Part shown: positions 1-9,569 of the stretch, piece by piece
Layout of the letters: each line of letters starts with the position of its first letter
How positions within the stretch are numbered: position 1 is the first letter of the stretch
Assembly: GCA_022710585.1 (NCBI GenBank)
Contig: JAKLGV010000015.1
Location: 5,623-69,622 of the forward strand
From: Deltaproteobacteria bacterium
GTDB taxonomy: Bacteria; Desulfobacterota; Syntrophia; Syntrophales; Smithellaceae
Length of the DNA stretch: 64,000 bases
Direction: 5' to 3'
Position numbers and translations under genes: made by a program
The notes under the pieces: model-generated
What the model saw: the letters and a program-made list of their open reading frames with translations, nothing else
What the model was told of the DNA's origin: nothing
Databases searched by the model: none

Positions 1-419
1 TCCCGTTTGGCCAATGGAAAAGCATCTTCAGCCAGACAATTGCCTATTATACCGAGGATAGCTGGACGGAAACCACAGAAATGCGCTGGGATCGCCCCCT
101 GGAGAATAATTTCCTGTTTCGATCGCTCAGCCGCGTCACATGGGAAGACAAAAGCGAGGGAATAGCGCCATCGCAGTCGTTCATCATGTATAAGAAATTA
201 AGCCCCCGCAGCGGCTATAACCTCGCTCTGTCAGGAAAATGGCCGGAGGTCCCTCATACAGATTCTGCAAACTATAGCGTCACACTGACCTATCGACAGC
301 AAATCTACCGTCCCTGGCTGTTTCTACAGATCGCTCCGGGCATTGAATTTCCGCAGGCAGACGACTATGATCTGAACGGTTTCTTGACCGTCAAACTGGA
401 GGTCGTATTCGGGGAGTAG
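1..419 (+). CDS. hypothetical protein, C-terminal fragment (gene starts left of the window)
   Basis: The reading frame of ORF 81..419 stays open back to nt 3, so the real start lies upstream of the window. The product is beta-strand-rich (ends ...FLTVKLEVVFGE). No family recognised. Confidence 0.45.
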   Translation, partial: PFGQWKSIFSQTIAYYTEDSWTETTEMRWDRPLENNFLFRSLSRVTWEDKSEGIAPSQSFIMYKKLSPRSGYNLALSGKWPEVPHTDSANYSVTLTYRQQIYRPWLFLQIAPGIEFPQADDYDLNGFLTVKLEVVFGE

Positions 420-545
420 CATTGAGAGAGCCGTCCATTGCGCCGAACATAAATTGACTTGCAAGGTACGGCCGAATTTTATAATTTCTCATCATGATAC
501 TATTTTGTGATGCATAATTTAGATGGCATTTTAATGAAATAATGA

Positions 546-2699
546 ATGAAATCCGACTTGCGATATGGTATTTTAGGCTCGCGAGGTCATCATACGACTA
601 TGAGTGATAAAGAAGATTTGAATTTGTACAAAGCTCTGACAGAGGCAAGTGACGCCGACGCGCAGAATTTGCTGGGGCTGATGTATCAGAATGGTAAAGG
701 TGTTCCGCAAAGCGACGCCGAAGCCGTCACGTGGTATCTCAAGGCCGCCGGGCAGGGCCACGCCGACGCGCAGAATAATCTGGGATTGATGCACCGCAAC
801 GGCAAAGGTGTGCCGCAAAACGATGCTGAAGCCGTCAAATGGTATCTCCAGGCCGCCGAGCAGGGGCACGCCGACGCGCAGAATAATCTGGGATTGATGT
901 ATCAGAACGGCAAAGGTGTCTCTAAAGATAAGGATGAAGCCATCAAATGGTATCTCAAAGCGGCTGAGCGGGGACACGCCGAGGCAAAAAATAATCTGGG
1001 CATGATCTACCAGAGCGGAAAAGGCATTCCTAAAGATAAGGCCGAAGCATTCAAGTGGTATCTTAATGCCGCCGAGCAGGGACACGCCGACGCGCAGAAT
1101 AATCTGGGTTTGATGTATCAGAGCGGCAAAGGTGTTTCCAAAAATAAGGAAGAAGCCATCAAGTGGTACCTCAAGGCCGCCGAACAGGGGCACGCCGATG
1201 CGCAGAATAACTTGGGAATGATTTACCAGGATGAAGCGATCAAATGGTATATCAAAGCGGCTGAGCAGGGTCACGACGGTGCGAAATTCAATCTGGAGTT
1301 AATGTACGAAGGGCCGCACGACAAGACTGCGGCTATTCATGCCGATAAAGAGCAGGAAGAGCCCAAAAAGCCTGAAGAGCCTAAGGAAGTTTCAAAGGAA
1401 AAAGCTGAAGAGATTATCGGCGCACTGGAACTGGAAGAACGTAAACAAATCCCGAAAGAAGAAGCTGAGTCTGTAGCGGTTGCACTGGGATTGGAAGAAG
1501 CGGAAGAAATCGAGAAGGAAGAAGATGAAGAGATCGCCGCTGCCCCCGAACTGGAAGAGCTCAAAGAAGTCCTGAAAGAAGAGGCTGAACCTTTCAGCCC
1601 TCCGGAATCAGAAGAACCGAAGAAGCCTGAAGAAATCCAGAAGAAAGAAACCAAAGAGATCACCGCTACCCTCGAGCTGGAGGAGACCAAAGAAATTCCT
1701 AAAGTAGAAGCTGAATCTGTCAGCCCTCCGGAATCAGAAGAACCGAAAAAGCCTGAAGAATTCCAAAAGGAAGAAGATGAAGAGATCGCCGCCACACTGG
1801 AGCTGGAAGAGCCCAAAGAGGTCCCAAAGAAAGAAGCTGAACCTGTCAGCGCGCCGGAATCAGAAGCCCCGAAGAAAGAAGCTGAACCTGTGGTTGCTGC
1901 ACTGAAACTGGAAGAGCGCAAAGAAGAACCGAAAGTCGATATCAAACCGATTAGAATGAATTTGGAGCTGGAAAGATCCGATATTGAAGCGATCAGAATT
2001 GCCGCGGAGCAGGGAGTCGCGTCGGCACAGAATGATCTGGCTATGCTCTACCGGAATGGCAAGGGGCTTCCGCAGGACGAGACCGAGGCTATTAAATGGT
2101 ATCTCATGGCTGTCGAACAGGGCAATGATGAAGCCAGAAATAATCTGGAGATGATGTACAAAAGCGGCAAAGGTATCCTGAAAGATAAAATCGAGACGTT
2201 CAAATGGTGCACCAAGGCCGCTGAAAAGGGCATCGCGTCGGCACAGTTCCTGCTGGGTCAGATATACTACGAAGGAAGAGGCGTCACACTGGACGAGGCC
2301 AAGGCGACCCGATGGTATCGCCAGGCGGCCGAACAGGGACATGCCGAGGCGCAGTATCATCTCGGTTTGACTTTCAGCAGTGGACTTCAGGATTATGTTG
2401 AGGCGGCAAGATGGTTTATAAAAGCGGCCGAACAGGGAATTGCTGACGCGCAGTACAATATCGCTGTGATCCTGGAAGAAGGCAGAGGCGTCAAACGGGA
2501 CTTTGAATCGGCCATGGTGTGGTATGGCGAGGCGGCCGAACAGGGACACAAGGAAGCGCAGTACGCTCTGGGAATGATGCACTATAAAGGCATCGGCACG
2601 CCCAAGGATGAAGATGAAGCTGTCAACTGGTTCCGCAAAGCGGCGGACCAGGGATATACAGACGCCAAGGTCCAGTTGGTCAAGATGAGAAGAAAATAA
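546..2699 (+). CDS. Sel1-repeat (SLR/TPR-like) protein with a central acidic Glu/Pro/Lys-rich repeat linker
   Basis: About 7 N-terminal and 7 C-terminal copies of the 36-aa Sel1 signature (AQNNLGLMYQNGKGVxxDxxEAxKWYxKAAEQGHAxA) flank an EEPKKPEE/ELEE low-complexity core. No signal peptide is evident. ATG 600 (MSDKEDL) is an alternative start. Confidence 0.85.
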   Translation: MKSDLRYGILGSRGHHTTMSDKEDLNLYKALTEASDADAQNLLGLMYQNGKGVPQSDAEAVTWYLKAAGQGHADAQNNLGLMHRNGKGVPQNDAEAVKWYLQAAEQGHADAQNNLGLMYQNGKGVSKDKDEAIKWYLKAAERGHAEAKNNLGMIYQSGKGIPKDKAEAFKWYLNAAEQGHADAQNNLGLMYQSGKGVSKNKEEAIKWYLKAAEQGHADAQNNLGMIYQDEAIKWYIKAAEQGHDGAKFNLELMYEGPHDKTAAIHADKEQEEPKKPEEPKEVSKEKAEEIIGALELEERKQIPKEEAESVAVALGLEEAEEIEKEEDEEIAAAPELEELKEVLKEEAEPFSPPESEEPKKPEEIQKKETKEITATLELEETKEIPKVEAESVSPPESEEPKKPEEFQKEEDEEIAATLELEEPKEVPKKEAEPVSAPESEAPKKEAEPVVAALKLEERKEEPKVDIKPIRMNLELERSDIEAIRIAAEQGVASAQNDLAMLYRNGKGLPQDETEAIKWYLMAVEQGNDEARNNLEMMYKSGKGILKDKIETFKWCTKAAEKGIASAQFLLGQIYYEGRGVTLDEAKATRWYRQAAEQGHAEAQYHLGLTFSSGLQDYVEAARWFIKAAEQGIADAQYNIAVILEEGRGVKRDFESAMVWYGEAAEQGHKEAQYALGMMHYKGIGTPKDEDEAVNWFRKAADQGYTDAKVQLVKMRRK
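651..1300. repeat. 108-bp (36-codon) tandem DNA repeat array inside the Sel1 gene
   Basis: The unit start CACGCCGA(C/T/G)GC recurs at 651, 759, 867, 975, 1083 and 1191, exactly 108 bp apart. The next unit starts at 1272, 81 bp on, which is an in-frame 27-bp deletion. Confidence 0.9.
1595..1872. repeat. 126-bp (42-codon) tandem repeat encoding the acidic PPESEEPKKPEE...ELEE..KE.PK.EAE.VS linker
   Basis: CAGCCCTCCGGAATCAGAAGAACCGAA occurs at 1595 and 1721, with a partial copy at 1847 (126-bp period). More degenerate copies lie upstream from about 1340. Confidence 0.85.
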
Positions 2700-2740
2700 A
2701 TAATTCTTTTCCTCAAGCCGAATTGTCAAGAGTAAACGGC

Positions 2741-2925
2741 CTGTTGCCCAAATATCTTTTTCGCTTGCCGGAAAGTATTTTGAATAAATCTAAGGCTCGC
2801 TTCAGGCAATGACAAAAACTCGCCCTCGGCTCAAACACTTGTCATTGCTGATCTTTCGCTTCGCCAAGATTTATGTATCAAAACACTTACAACGACCGCT
2901 CAAATAGATTTGATTTGGGCAACAG
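2741..2925. repeat. nested palindromic intergenic element between convergent genes
   Basis: Outer perfect 13-bp inverted repeat CTGTTGCCCAAAT (2741..2753) / ATTTGGGCAACAG (2913..2925). It encloses an inverted pair of the GTCATT...AATCTT repeat family (2786..2815 and 2839..2872). Confidence 0.8.
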
Positions 2926-2936
2926 CCCATAAAGAT

Positions 2937-3896
2937 TTAATCCCTATTTTGCCAGGCCAGGGCGGCGGCACCCAGAACAGCCGCGCTGTCTCTTTTTAAT
3001 TTTGAAGGCAGAATCTTGATTTTTCCCCGGAAGATCGGGAAGAGATTCTTTTCCATCGCGTTTCGGGTTGGATTAAAAATCAGGTTACCGGCCTGCGCCA
3101 GGCCGCCCAGAAGAAATATCGCTTCCGGATCGGTGATGGCCGTCACATCGGCCAGCTTCCGGCCCAGGATCTCGCCGGTGATGTTGAAGGCCTCCAGCGC
3201 CAACCTGTCCTTTTTTACAGCCGCCTCATAGATCATTTCGGAAGTGATTTTTTGAAACCCGACGCCGCTCAATGAGCTTTTTGCGGATCCTGTCCGAAGC
3301 AGGTTGAAAAAGGTGCGCCTGATGCCGGTCGCGGAAACATAAGTCTCCAGGCAGCCCCTATTCCCGCAGCGGCATAAGCGGCCATTGTGTTTTACATTCA
3401 CGTGTCCCAATTCACCGGCCAGTCCATTGTGTCCGTAAACCAGTTGACCATTGACGACAAAAGCGCTCCCCAGACCCGTTCCTAAAGTAATGACAACGAA
3501 GTCTTTCATGTTCTTCGCCCCGCCATAAAACATTTCACCGAGCGCGGCCGCGTTGGCATCATTGGTCAGCGCGACCGGCCAGCCCGGAAAGTACCTCTTG
3601 AGCTTTTTAACAAACGGAACACTCCCTTTCCAATTCAGGTTGGGCGCGTTCTCTATCGTGCCGCGGAAATGATTGGCGTTGGGTGCGCCGACACCGATTC
3701 CTTTTATATTTATATCTTTATATATTGAATTAATTATATTTTGAATTTCCAGGTGCATACATTTCAAATACTCTTCTAAATCAGTATATTGTCTTGTATT
3801 GATAGAATTCGCTTTCAGACATTTCCCTTTTCTGTCCACCACACCGAACTCGGTGGTTGTCCCGCCAATATCAATTCCCACTACAGCATCAATCAT
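2937..3896 (-). CDS. ROK-family sugar kinase (probable glucokinase)
   Basis: N-terminal ATP-binding motif VGIDIGGTTTEFGVVD, ROK zinc motif CRCGNRGCLETYVSATG, and GELGH. The start was moved to ATG 3896, which follows the RBS AAGGAAGAGG; the ORF-track start is 3947. Confidence 0.85.
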   Translation of the reverse strand: MIDAVVGIDIGGTTTEFGVVDRKGKCLKANSINTRQYTDLEEYLKCMHLEIQNIINSIYKDINIKGIGVGAPNANHFRGTIENAPNLNWKGSVPFVKKLKRYFPGWPVALTNDANAAALGEMFYGGAKNMKDFVVITLGTGLGSAFVVNGQLVYGHNGLAGELGHVNVKHNGRLCRCGNRGCLETYVSATGIRRTFFNLLRTGSAKSSLSGVGFQKITSEMIYEAAVKKDRLALEAFNITGEILGRKLADVTAITDPEAIFLLGGLAQAGNLIFNPTRNAMEKNLFPIFRGKIKILPSKLKRDSAAVLGAAALAWQNRD

Positions 3897-4193
3897 TTTT
3901 CTTGCCTCTTCCTTACTCCCCCGGATGCTTCTCGATCCACTTTCCAATCAATATCTTTAATGCTACATATGATCAGTTGAATTTTTTATACTATATTAGA
4001 GAGAATAATGACAAGAATTAAAAAACATTGACGATTTGACGGCAAAAATGTTATTATATTTAAACTTTTTACACGAATGAAAAAAATAAGCGCGGATATA
4101 ATTTTTCGATATCCGGAGCGTGAGGATTTTTTCATTAAATGGGTATATTTTTCAAGATTACCAACAAATAAATATATAAATAAGGAGGGTATC

Positions 4194-4412
4194 ATGCCGG
4201 TCAAAAAAGCAGCGCCCAAAAAAACAGCGGCCAGGAAAACAACGTCCGCAGCGAAGAAAACCGTAAAGCCGGATTTAAAAGATTTTCTGGCGGAAGTCGA
4301 AAAAAAGGCTTATGAACTCTATGAAGAGAGGATGAATTCAGGAGCTCCCTGCGATGATATCGCCGACTGGTTCCAGGCCGAAAAGGAAATCAAGACCAAA
4401 TATGATTTATAG
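4194..4412 (+). CDS. small DUF2934-like protein with a Lys/Ala-rich basic N-terminal tail
   Basis: A strong RBS (AAGGAGG) lies 4 nt before ATG 4194. The tail PVKKAAPKKTAARKTTSAAKKTVKP is followed by the conserved ...AYELYEERMNSGAPCDDIADWFQAE motif typical of DUF2934. Confidence 0.6.
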   Translation: MPVKKAAPKKTAARKTTSAAKKTVKPDLKDFLAEVEKKAYELYEERMNSGAPCDDIADWFQAEKEIKTKYDL

Positions 4413-4452
4413 TCTCATGCTGTTATCAAATCTTTTCGCGAGGTAAATCATA

Positions 4453-5763
4453 ATGGCCGGCAATAATAGTTCGGATTTCCTAGTTCAGTACGATTACGTT
4501 GAAACAAAAATCGCGACCGAGATAACCCGCAAAACGCTGGTGCTGGTTCTGGCCGGCGGGGAGGGTTCACGTCTCGGAGAGCTGACAAAATGGCGCGCCA
4601 AGCCGGCCGTTCCTTTCGGCGGCAAATACCGGATGATTGATTTTACACTTTCCAACTGCGTCAATTCCGGCCTGCGCCGCATCGGCGTCCTGACGCAGTA
4701 TAAATCCCATTCGCTGATCCGTCATCTCCAGCAGGCCTGGAATTTCATGCGCGCCGAGATCGGCGAGTTTGTGGAAATCATTCCGGCGCAGCAGCGTATG
4801 AGCAAGGACTGGTATCGCGGAACAGCCGACGCCCTGTACCAGAACATCGACATCATCCACCGCCACGCACCGCAATATGTGCTGGTGCTTGGTGGCGATC
4901 ACATTTACACCATGGACTACTCAAAGATGCTGATGCATCATGTCAATTCCAAAGCGGATATGACGGTGGCCTGCATCGAGGTTCCGCGTATGGAGGCGCG
5001 GGAATTCGGTGTGATGTCGGTCGATGAAAATATGCACATCTCCCGCTTTACCGAAAAGCCGCCTGATCCCGAATCCATGCCCGGCAAGCCGGATACGGCG
5101 CTGGCCTCGATGGGCATTTACGTTTTTTCGACCAGTTTCCTTTACGACACGCTGATTGCCGATGCCAGAGACGATGCCTCCGTTCACGATTTCGGCAAAA
5201 GCATCATTCCCCGCGTGATCAACAACAGCAAAGCCATTGCCTATCCTTATCGCGATGAAAAGGGAGAAGTCGCTTACTGGCGCGATGTGGGAACCATCGA
5301 CGCCTTCTGGAAGGCCAACATGGAACTGTGTTCCATTAAGCCGGAGTTAAACCTTTACGACAAAAACTGGCCGATCTGGACCTATCAGGAGCAGTTGCCG
5401 CCGGCTAAATTTGTCTTTGATGATGAAGGGAAACGCGGCGCGGCAATGAATTCACTGGTCAGTGGCGGCTGCATCATCTCCGGAGCGCTGGTGAAGAACT
5501 CGGTAATCTTTTACGCGACACGCATAGAGACCCACAGCGTGGTGATTGACAGCGTGGTGCTGCCCAGGGTTTATATCGGAAAGAACTGCCGCATCATCAA
5601 CGCCATTATCGACAAGGGCACCCATATTCCCGACAATACCGTCATCGGGGCGGATCGCGCCGCGGACGAGGCGCGTTTCCATATTAGCGAGGAAGGGGTC
5701 GTTCTCGTGACGCCGAACATGATGGGGCAGGATCTCCTCATGGAAGGCTCAGGCACGTATTGA
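4453..5763 (+). CDS. glgC: glucose-1-phosphate adenylyltransferase
   Basis: [41 protein letters not shown] and a C-terminal left-handed beta-helix region, as in canonical GlgC. Confidence 0.95.
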   Translation: MAGNNSSDFLVQYDYVETKIATEITRKTLVLVLAGGEGSRLGELTKWRAKPAVPFGGKYRMIDFTLSNCVNSGLRRIGVLTQYKSHSLIRHLQQAWNFMRAEIGEFVEIIPAQQRMSKDWYRGTADALYQNIDIIHRHAPQYVLVLGGDHIYTMDYSKMLMHHVNSKADMTVACIEVPRMEAREFGVMSVDENMHISRFTEKPPDPESMPGKPDTALASMGIYVFSTSFLYDTLIADARDDASVHDFGKSIIPRVINNSKAIAYPYRDEKGEVAYWRDVGTIDAFWKANMELCSIKPELNLYDKNWPIWTYQEQLPPAKFVFDDEGKRGAAMNSLVSGGCIISGALVKNSVIFYATRIETHSVVIDSVVLPRVYIGKNCRIINAIIDKGTHIPDNTVIGADRAADEARFHISEEGVVLVTPNMMGQDLLMEGSGTY

Positions 5764-5809
5764 AAGCGCTGCCTGAAGGAGTGCTGCGGCGGATCAACTT
5801 AAAGCTATA

Positions 5810-7507
5810 TCAGATCATCTGCTCAAAGCTCGCGGCAATTTCTTTGAGCCTGTTTTCCGCCGCTTCCCGTGTCGCCTCCCGCACCGCGTAGTAGATTTTG
5901 ATTTTCGGTTCGGTTCCGGACGGACGGATGCAAATCCAGGCGGAATTTTCCAGAAGCAGCTTAACGGCATCGCCGGCCGGCAAATCAATCTCCGAAATTG
6001 AACCGTCGGCGGCGGTGCGCTTTCGCGTCAGATAATCCTCCTGATGGCGCACGGCCAGGGAGCCAACCTTTTCAATCGGTCTGGAGCGCAGTCCGGACAT
6101 GATCTGTTTCATCTTCTCCATGCCGTCAAGCCCTTTAAAGCTTAAATTTTTCACGCCTTCCAGGTAGTAACCATGCTGTCCGTACAATGCTTCCAGGACA
6201 TCCAGAAGCGTCTGCCCCTGATGTTTGTAGTGCTGCGCCGCTTTGCATAAAAGCAGCGCCGCCAGCACCCCATCTTTATCGAGGGCAAACGTGCCGGCCA
6301 AAAATCCGTAGCTTTCCTCGAAACCGAAGACAAACCCGGCAGCCGTCTTTTCATTTTTGATGATGAGTTCGGCAATAAAACGAAAACCCGTCATCACGGT
6401 GTAGGACGTAATGCCGTAGTGCCGCGCGATGGTATCGGCCATATCGGTGGTCACAAAGGACTTGACCACATAATCCGACGGCTTCAGGATACCGGATGCC
6501 CGGCGCCCCTCCAGCAGATAATGGATGAGCAGGCATCCGATCTGATTGCCGGTCAACATGGTGTAGGCGCCGTCCGACCGGCGCACGGCTGCGCCCATCC
6601 GGTCGGCATCGGGATCGGTGCCGATCGCCAGATCCGCGCCTGTTTGACCGGCCAGTTCAATGGCCATTTTCATCGCGCCCGGATCCTCGGGATTGGGAGA
6701 GCTCACCGTGGGGAAAAGTCCATCCGGATTTTTCTGCGCTTCCACCACCGTAAAATTATTGATGCCGGCTGCCGGAAAAACATTAACCGCGGTGCGCAAC
6801 CCCGAACCGTGCAGCGGCGTATAGACCACCTTCAGATCACCGCCGCTTTCCGGCGGGCACAGGGAAATCATTCGCTCGTAATAAATCCGGTCCATCTCTT
6901 CGCCGATTTCGATAATCAGGCCCCCGGCCAATCCCTCCTGATAATCGATTCTGCGGACATCAGCGAACGGATCCAGTTTCCGGATGAAATTCATCACCGC
7001 CCGGCTTGCGTCGGGCCCGAGCTGACCGCCGTAGGCGGCGTAGGCTTTATAGCCGTTGTATTCCCGGGGATTGTGGCTGGCCGTGATGACCACGCCGCCA
7101 TCCGCTTTCAGATGGCGCACCGCGAAAGAGAGTTCCGGCACGCTGGTCAGTTCCTTGAAGAGAAAGGCTTTGATGCCGTTGGCGGCAAACACGCAGGCCG
7201 TCTCTTCGGCAAACTCACGGGAAAACTGCCGGGAATCATACGCGATGACCATCCTCACATCCGGCTTGTTTTGTGAAAGCAGGTAATCCGCCATGCCCTG
7301 CGTCGCCCGTCCGATGACATAGCGGTTCATGCGCATGGTTCCCGCGCCAAGAATGCCGCGCAGTCCGGCCGTGCCGAAAATCAGATCGTCCATAAATCTT
7401 TCTTTGATCTGTAAATCATCATCCCGGATGGATTCCAGTTCGCGCAGAAGATTTTCTTCCTGAACGGATTTCTTCCAGTATAAATATGTTTCCCGATAGC
7501 CCATCAT
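5810..7507 (-). CDS. pgm: phosphoglucomutase/phosphomannomutase family phospho-sugar mutase (PgcA-type)
   Basis: Active-site loop TASHNPREYNGYK, Mg-binding GTDPDADR, about 565 aa. The first ATG is at 7507; the ORF-track start 7510 is a TTG. Confidence 0.9.
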   Translation of the reverse strand: MMGYRETYLYWKKSVQEENLLRELESIRDDDLQIKERFMDDLIFGTAGLRGILGAGTMRMNRYVIGRATQGMADYLLSQNKPDVRMVIAYDSRQFSREFAEETACVFAANGIKAFLFKELTSVPELSFAVRHLKADGGVVITASHNPREYNGYKAYAAYGGQLGPDASRAVMNFIRKLDPFADVRRIDYQEGLAGGLIIEIGEEMDRIYYERMISLCPPESGGDLKVVYTPLHGSGLRTAVNVFPAAGINNFTVVEAQKNPDGLFPTVSSPNPEDPGAMKMAIELAGQTGADLAIGTDPDADRMGAAVRRSDGAYTMLTGNQIGCLLIHYLLEGRRASGILKPSDYVVKSFVTTDMADTIARHYGITSYTVMTGFRFIAELIIKNEKTAAGFVFGFEESYGFLAGTFALDKDGVLAALLLCKAAQHYKHQGQTLLDVLEALYGQHGYYLEGVKNLSFKGLDGMEKMKQIMSGLRSRPIEKVGSLAVRHQEDYLTRKRTAADGSISEIDLPAGDAVKLLLENSAWICIRPSGTEPKIKIYYAVREATREAAENRLKEIAASFEQMI

Positions 7508-7549
7508 CAACCTCTCACTATATTTTGTCCGTTCGATCCGCGTGCAGCA

Positions 7550-9547
7550 TCAGGCAATCTTCAGCCAGATGGCATCCATCCCCTCCAGGGTAATTTCCAG
7601 CAGGCCGTCAACGATGGTGTAGGTCCTGCCGGATAACAGACAGGTGACCGTTCCGTTAAACGCGTGGCGCAGTTTTTTCTGGTGCGCTCCGGCAAAAAGC
7701 TGATTGCGGCTCAGGAAATCGAACACCACCAGCCGTGATGTCTCCGCGCGGTTCACCGCCGCGAAATAGACGCCGTCCTGGGCCGTCTGCCCCAGAGCGT
7801 CCGTCCCGTCCGTTACATAGCGCAAAACGCCCAGACAGTCGGGATCGGGGGCGAAGAACACGCCGTAACCGGTCTGCATGGCATCCGCCTCGCGGCGGAG
7901 ACGGGCCAGCGTCCGGTAATACGAAGTCAAATCGTGCGGCGCTTCACGGAACGTTTCCCTGTTGAAGGGATCCAGAAAACCTTGCATCCCCCGTTCATCC
8001 CCGTAATAAACGCAGGGAACGCCCGGCAGACAGAATTGCAGCGTCGCGGCCAGGCAATGCCGCCGGGCGCCTTTTTGATTCTGGGCGGCGGTAATAACAA
8101 ATGAAGCTTGCTGTTCCCGGGAAAGTTCGTGCGGATCAATGCGTGTGCTCAGGGCGGTGCGCACCCGCTCGATGTCATGCGAGGAAAGCAGATTGGTCAG
8201 CGCGTAGTACATCGGCGGGGGATAGCTGGCGGCCTGATCCACTAGCAGATGCTTCAAATCGTCGGCATCCGCTTTCCCGTTGAGGAACCCGACCAGGGCG
8301 TTGCGCAGCGGATAGTTGGTGACCGAATCGAGCATCCGCCCTAGCGCATACTGTCGCTTGGCGCCGTAGCTGTATTTCGTGGTCGCGTCTTCCCAGACCT
8401 CGCCCAGCACCACCGCTTCCGGATTCGTTTCGCGCGCGGCCTGATAGATCATGGCCAGCACATCGTCCGGCAGTTCATCAGCCACATCCAGACGGTAGCC
8501 TCCGGCGCCGGCTTTCAGCCAGTGCCGGATAACGCTGTTCTCGCCGGTGATGATATACTGCTGCCAGGCCGGTTCGCCTTCGTTGACCTCGGGCAGCGAT
8601 TGAAATCCCCACCAGCACCGGTAGTGATCAGGATAATCCTTGAAATCATACCACGGGTAATACGGCGAATCTTTGCTGTTGGCGGCGCCGACGACGTCAT
8701 AGCGGCCTTCGCGGTTGAAATAAATGCTGTCGGAACCGGTGTGTGAAAACACGCCGTCCAGCATGACGCGGATGCCCCTCTCGGCGGCCTTGCGGCAGAG
8801 CGACTTAAAATCTTCGTCCGTGCCCAGCACCGGATCGATTTTGAAATAGTCGGCGGTGTTGTAGCGGTGATTGGACGCGGCTTCAAACACCGGATTCAGG
8901 TAAAGGACGGTGATGCCCAGGCCTTGCAGATACTCAAGGGAATCTTCGATGCCTTTGAGCGTGCCGCCGAAGTAATCACATGGGCTGTAATCCTTTTCGC
9001 CCGGCAGCGCTGTATAAAGCGGCGTCTCCTCCCACTTTTCGTGATAAATCACGTTTCTTCCCCGGGAACGGTGATAAGCGATGCCCTTTTGAGCCGTCCG
9101 GTCTTTGCTCCGGCGGAAGCGATCGGGAAAGATCTGGTACATGACGCTTTTTTGAAACCAGCGGGGTACGGCGAATGCCGGATCATAAGCGGTCAGTTGA
9201 TAGGATGGCGGCTGGGCGCTGTACACACAGCCGACACCCTCGGTGCGGCTGCCCTGCGCGCCGTAATAGCAGATTTTGCCGCCGATATTGACGGTGAAAT
9301 AATACCAGTAAACCGCGGGCACGGACGGTGTCGTGATGTCAACTTCCCAGTAGTCTTCCGATTGCCGCATGAGGTGCTGAGCGTGAAACTCTTTTCTGTA
9401 CAGGCAAAGATAAACGCTGTCCACATTCTCCAGACGCGCCCTGAAACGCAGCCTGACCGGCGTACCGGCCGTGACGGCGCCGACCGGATCGCGGAATAAA
9501 TCCAGTGATGAGTCATGCAGCAGCTCATTGCGGTAATTGATCAGCAT
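7550..9547 (-). CDS. glycoside hydrolase family 13 alpha-glucan hydrolase (neopullulanase/cyclomaltodextrinase-like)
   Basis: The four GH13 conserved regions are present: DGVFSHTG, GYRLDVADEL, VLGEVWED and LLSSHDIER. The start is set at ATG 9547 (RBS GGGAGGGAGGGG), downstream of the glgP stop at 9570. Confidence 0.85.
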   Translation of the reverse strand: MLINYRNELLHDSSLDLFRDPVGAVTAGTPVRLRFRARLENVDSVYLCLYRKEFHAQHLMRQSEDYWEVDITTPSVPAVYWYYFTVNIGGKICYYGAQGSRTEGVGCVYSAQPPSYQLTAYDPAFAVPRWFQKSVMYQIFPDRFRRSKDRTAQKGIAYHRSRGRNVIYHEKWEETPLYTALPGEKDYSPCDYFGGTLKGIEDSLEYLQGLGITVLYLNPVFEAASNHRYNTADYFKIDPVLGTDEDFKSLCRKAAERGIRVMLDGVFSHTGSDSIYFNREGRYDVVGAANSKDSPYYPWYDFKDYPDHYRCWWGFQSLPEVNEGEPAWQQYIITGENSVIRHWLKAGAGGYRLDVADELPDDVLAMIYQAARETNPEAVVLGEVWEDATTKYSYGAKRQYALGRMLDSVTNYPLRNALVGFLNGKADADDLKHLLVDQAASYPPPMYYALTNLLSSHDIERVRTALSTRIDPHELSREQQASFVITAAQNQKGARRHCLAATLQFCLPGVPCVYYGDERGMQGFLDPFNRETFREAPHDLTSYYRTLARLRREADAMQTGYGVFFAPDPDCLGVLRYVTDGTDALGQTAQDGVYFAAVNRAETSRLVVFDFLSRNQLFAGAHQKKLRHAFNGTVTCLLSGRTYTIVDGLLEITLEGMDAIWLKIA

Positions 9548-9569
9548 GGTCCCCTCCCTCCCCGGAGGC

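Noticed and set aside
454-485. Possible sigma70 promoter TTGACT ... TATAAT upstream of the Sel1 gene.
   Set aside because: The spacer between the best hexamers is 20 nt. Alternatives with 17-18 nt spacing have poor -10 boxes, so the call is too uncertain to list.
573-2729. Three long minus-strand ORFs (573..1274, 1337..1945, 1860..2729) opposite the Sel1 gene.
   Set aside because: They are produced by the repetitive, codon-biased Sel1 and acidic repeats. Their translations are periodic nonsense (for example SSSS/FFG runs), whereas the plus strand gives textbook Sel1 repeats.
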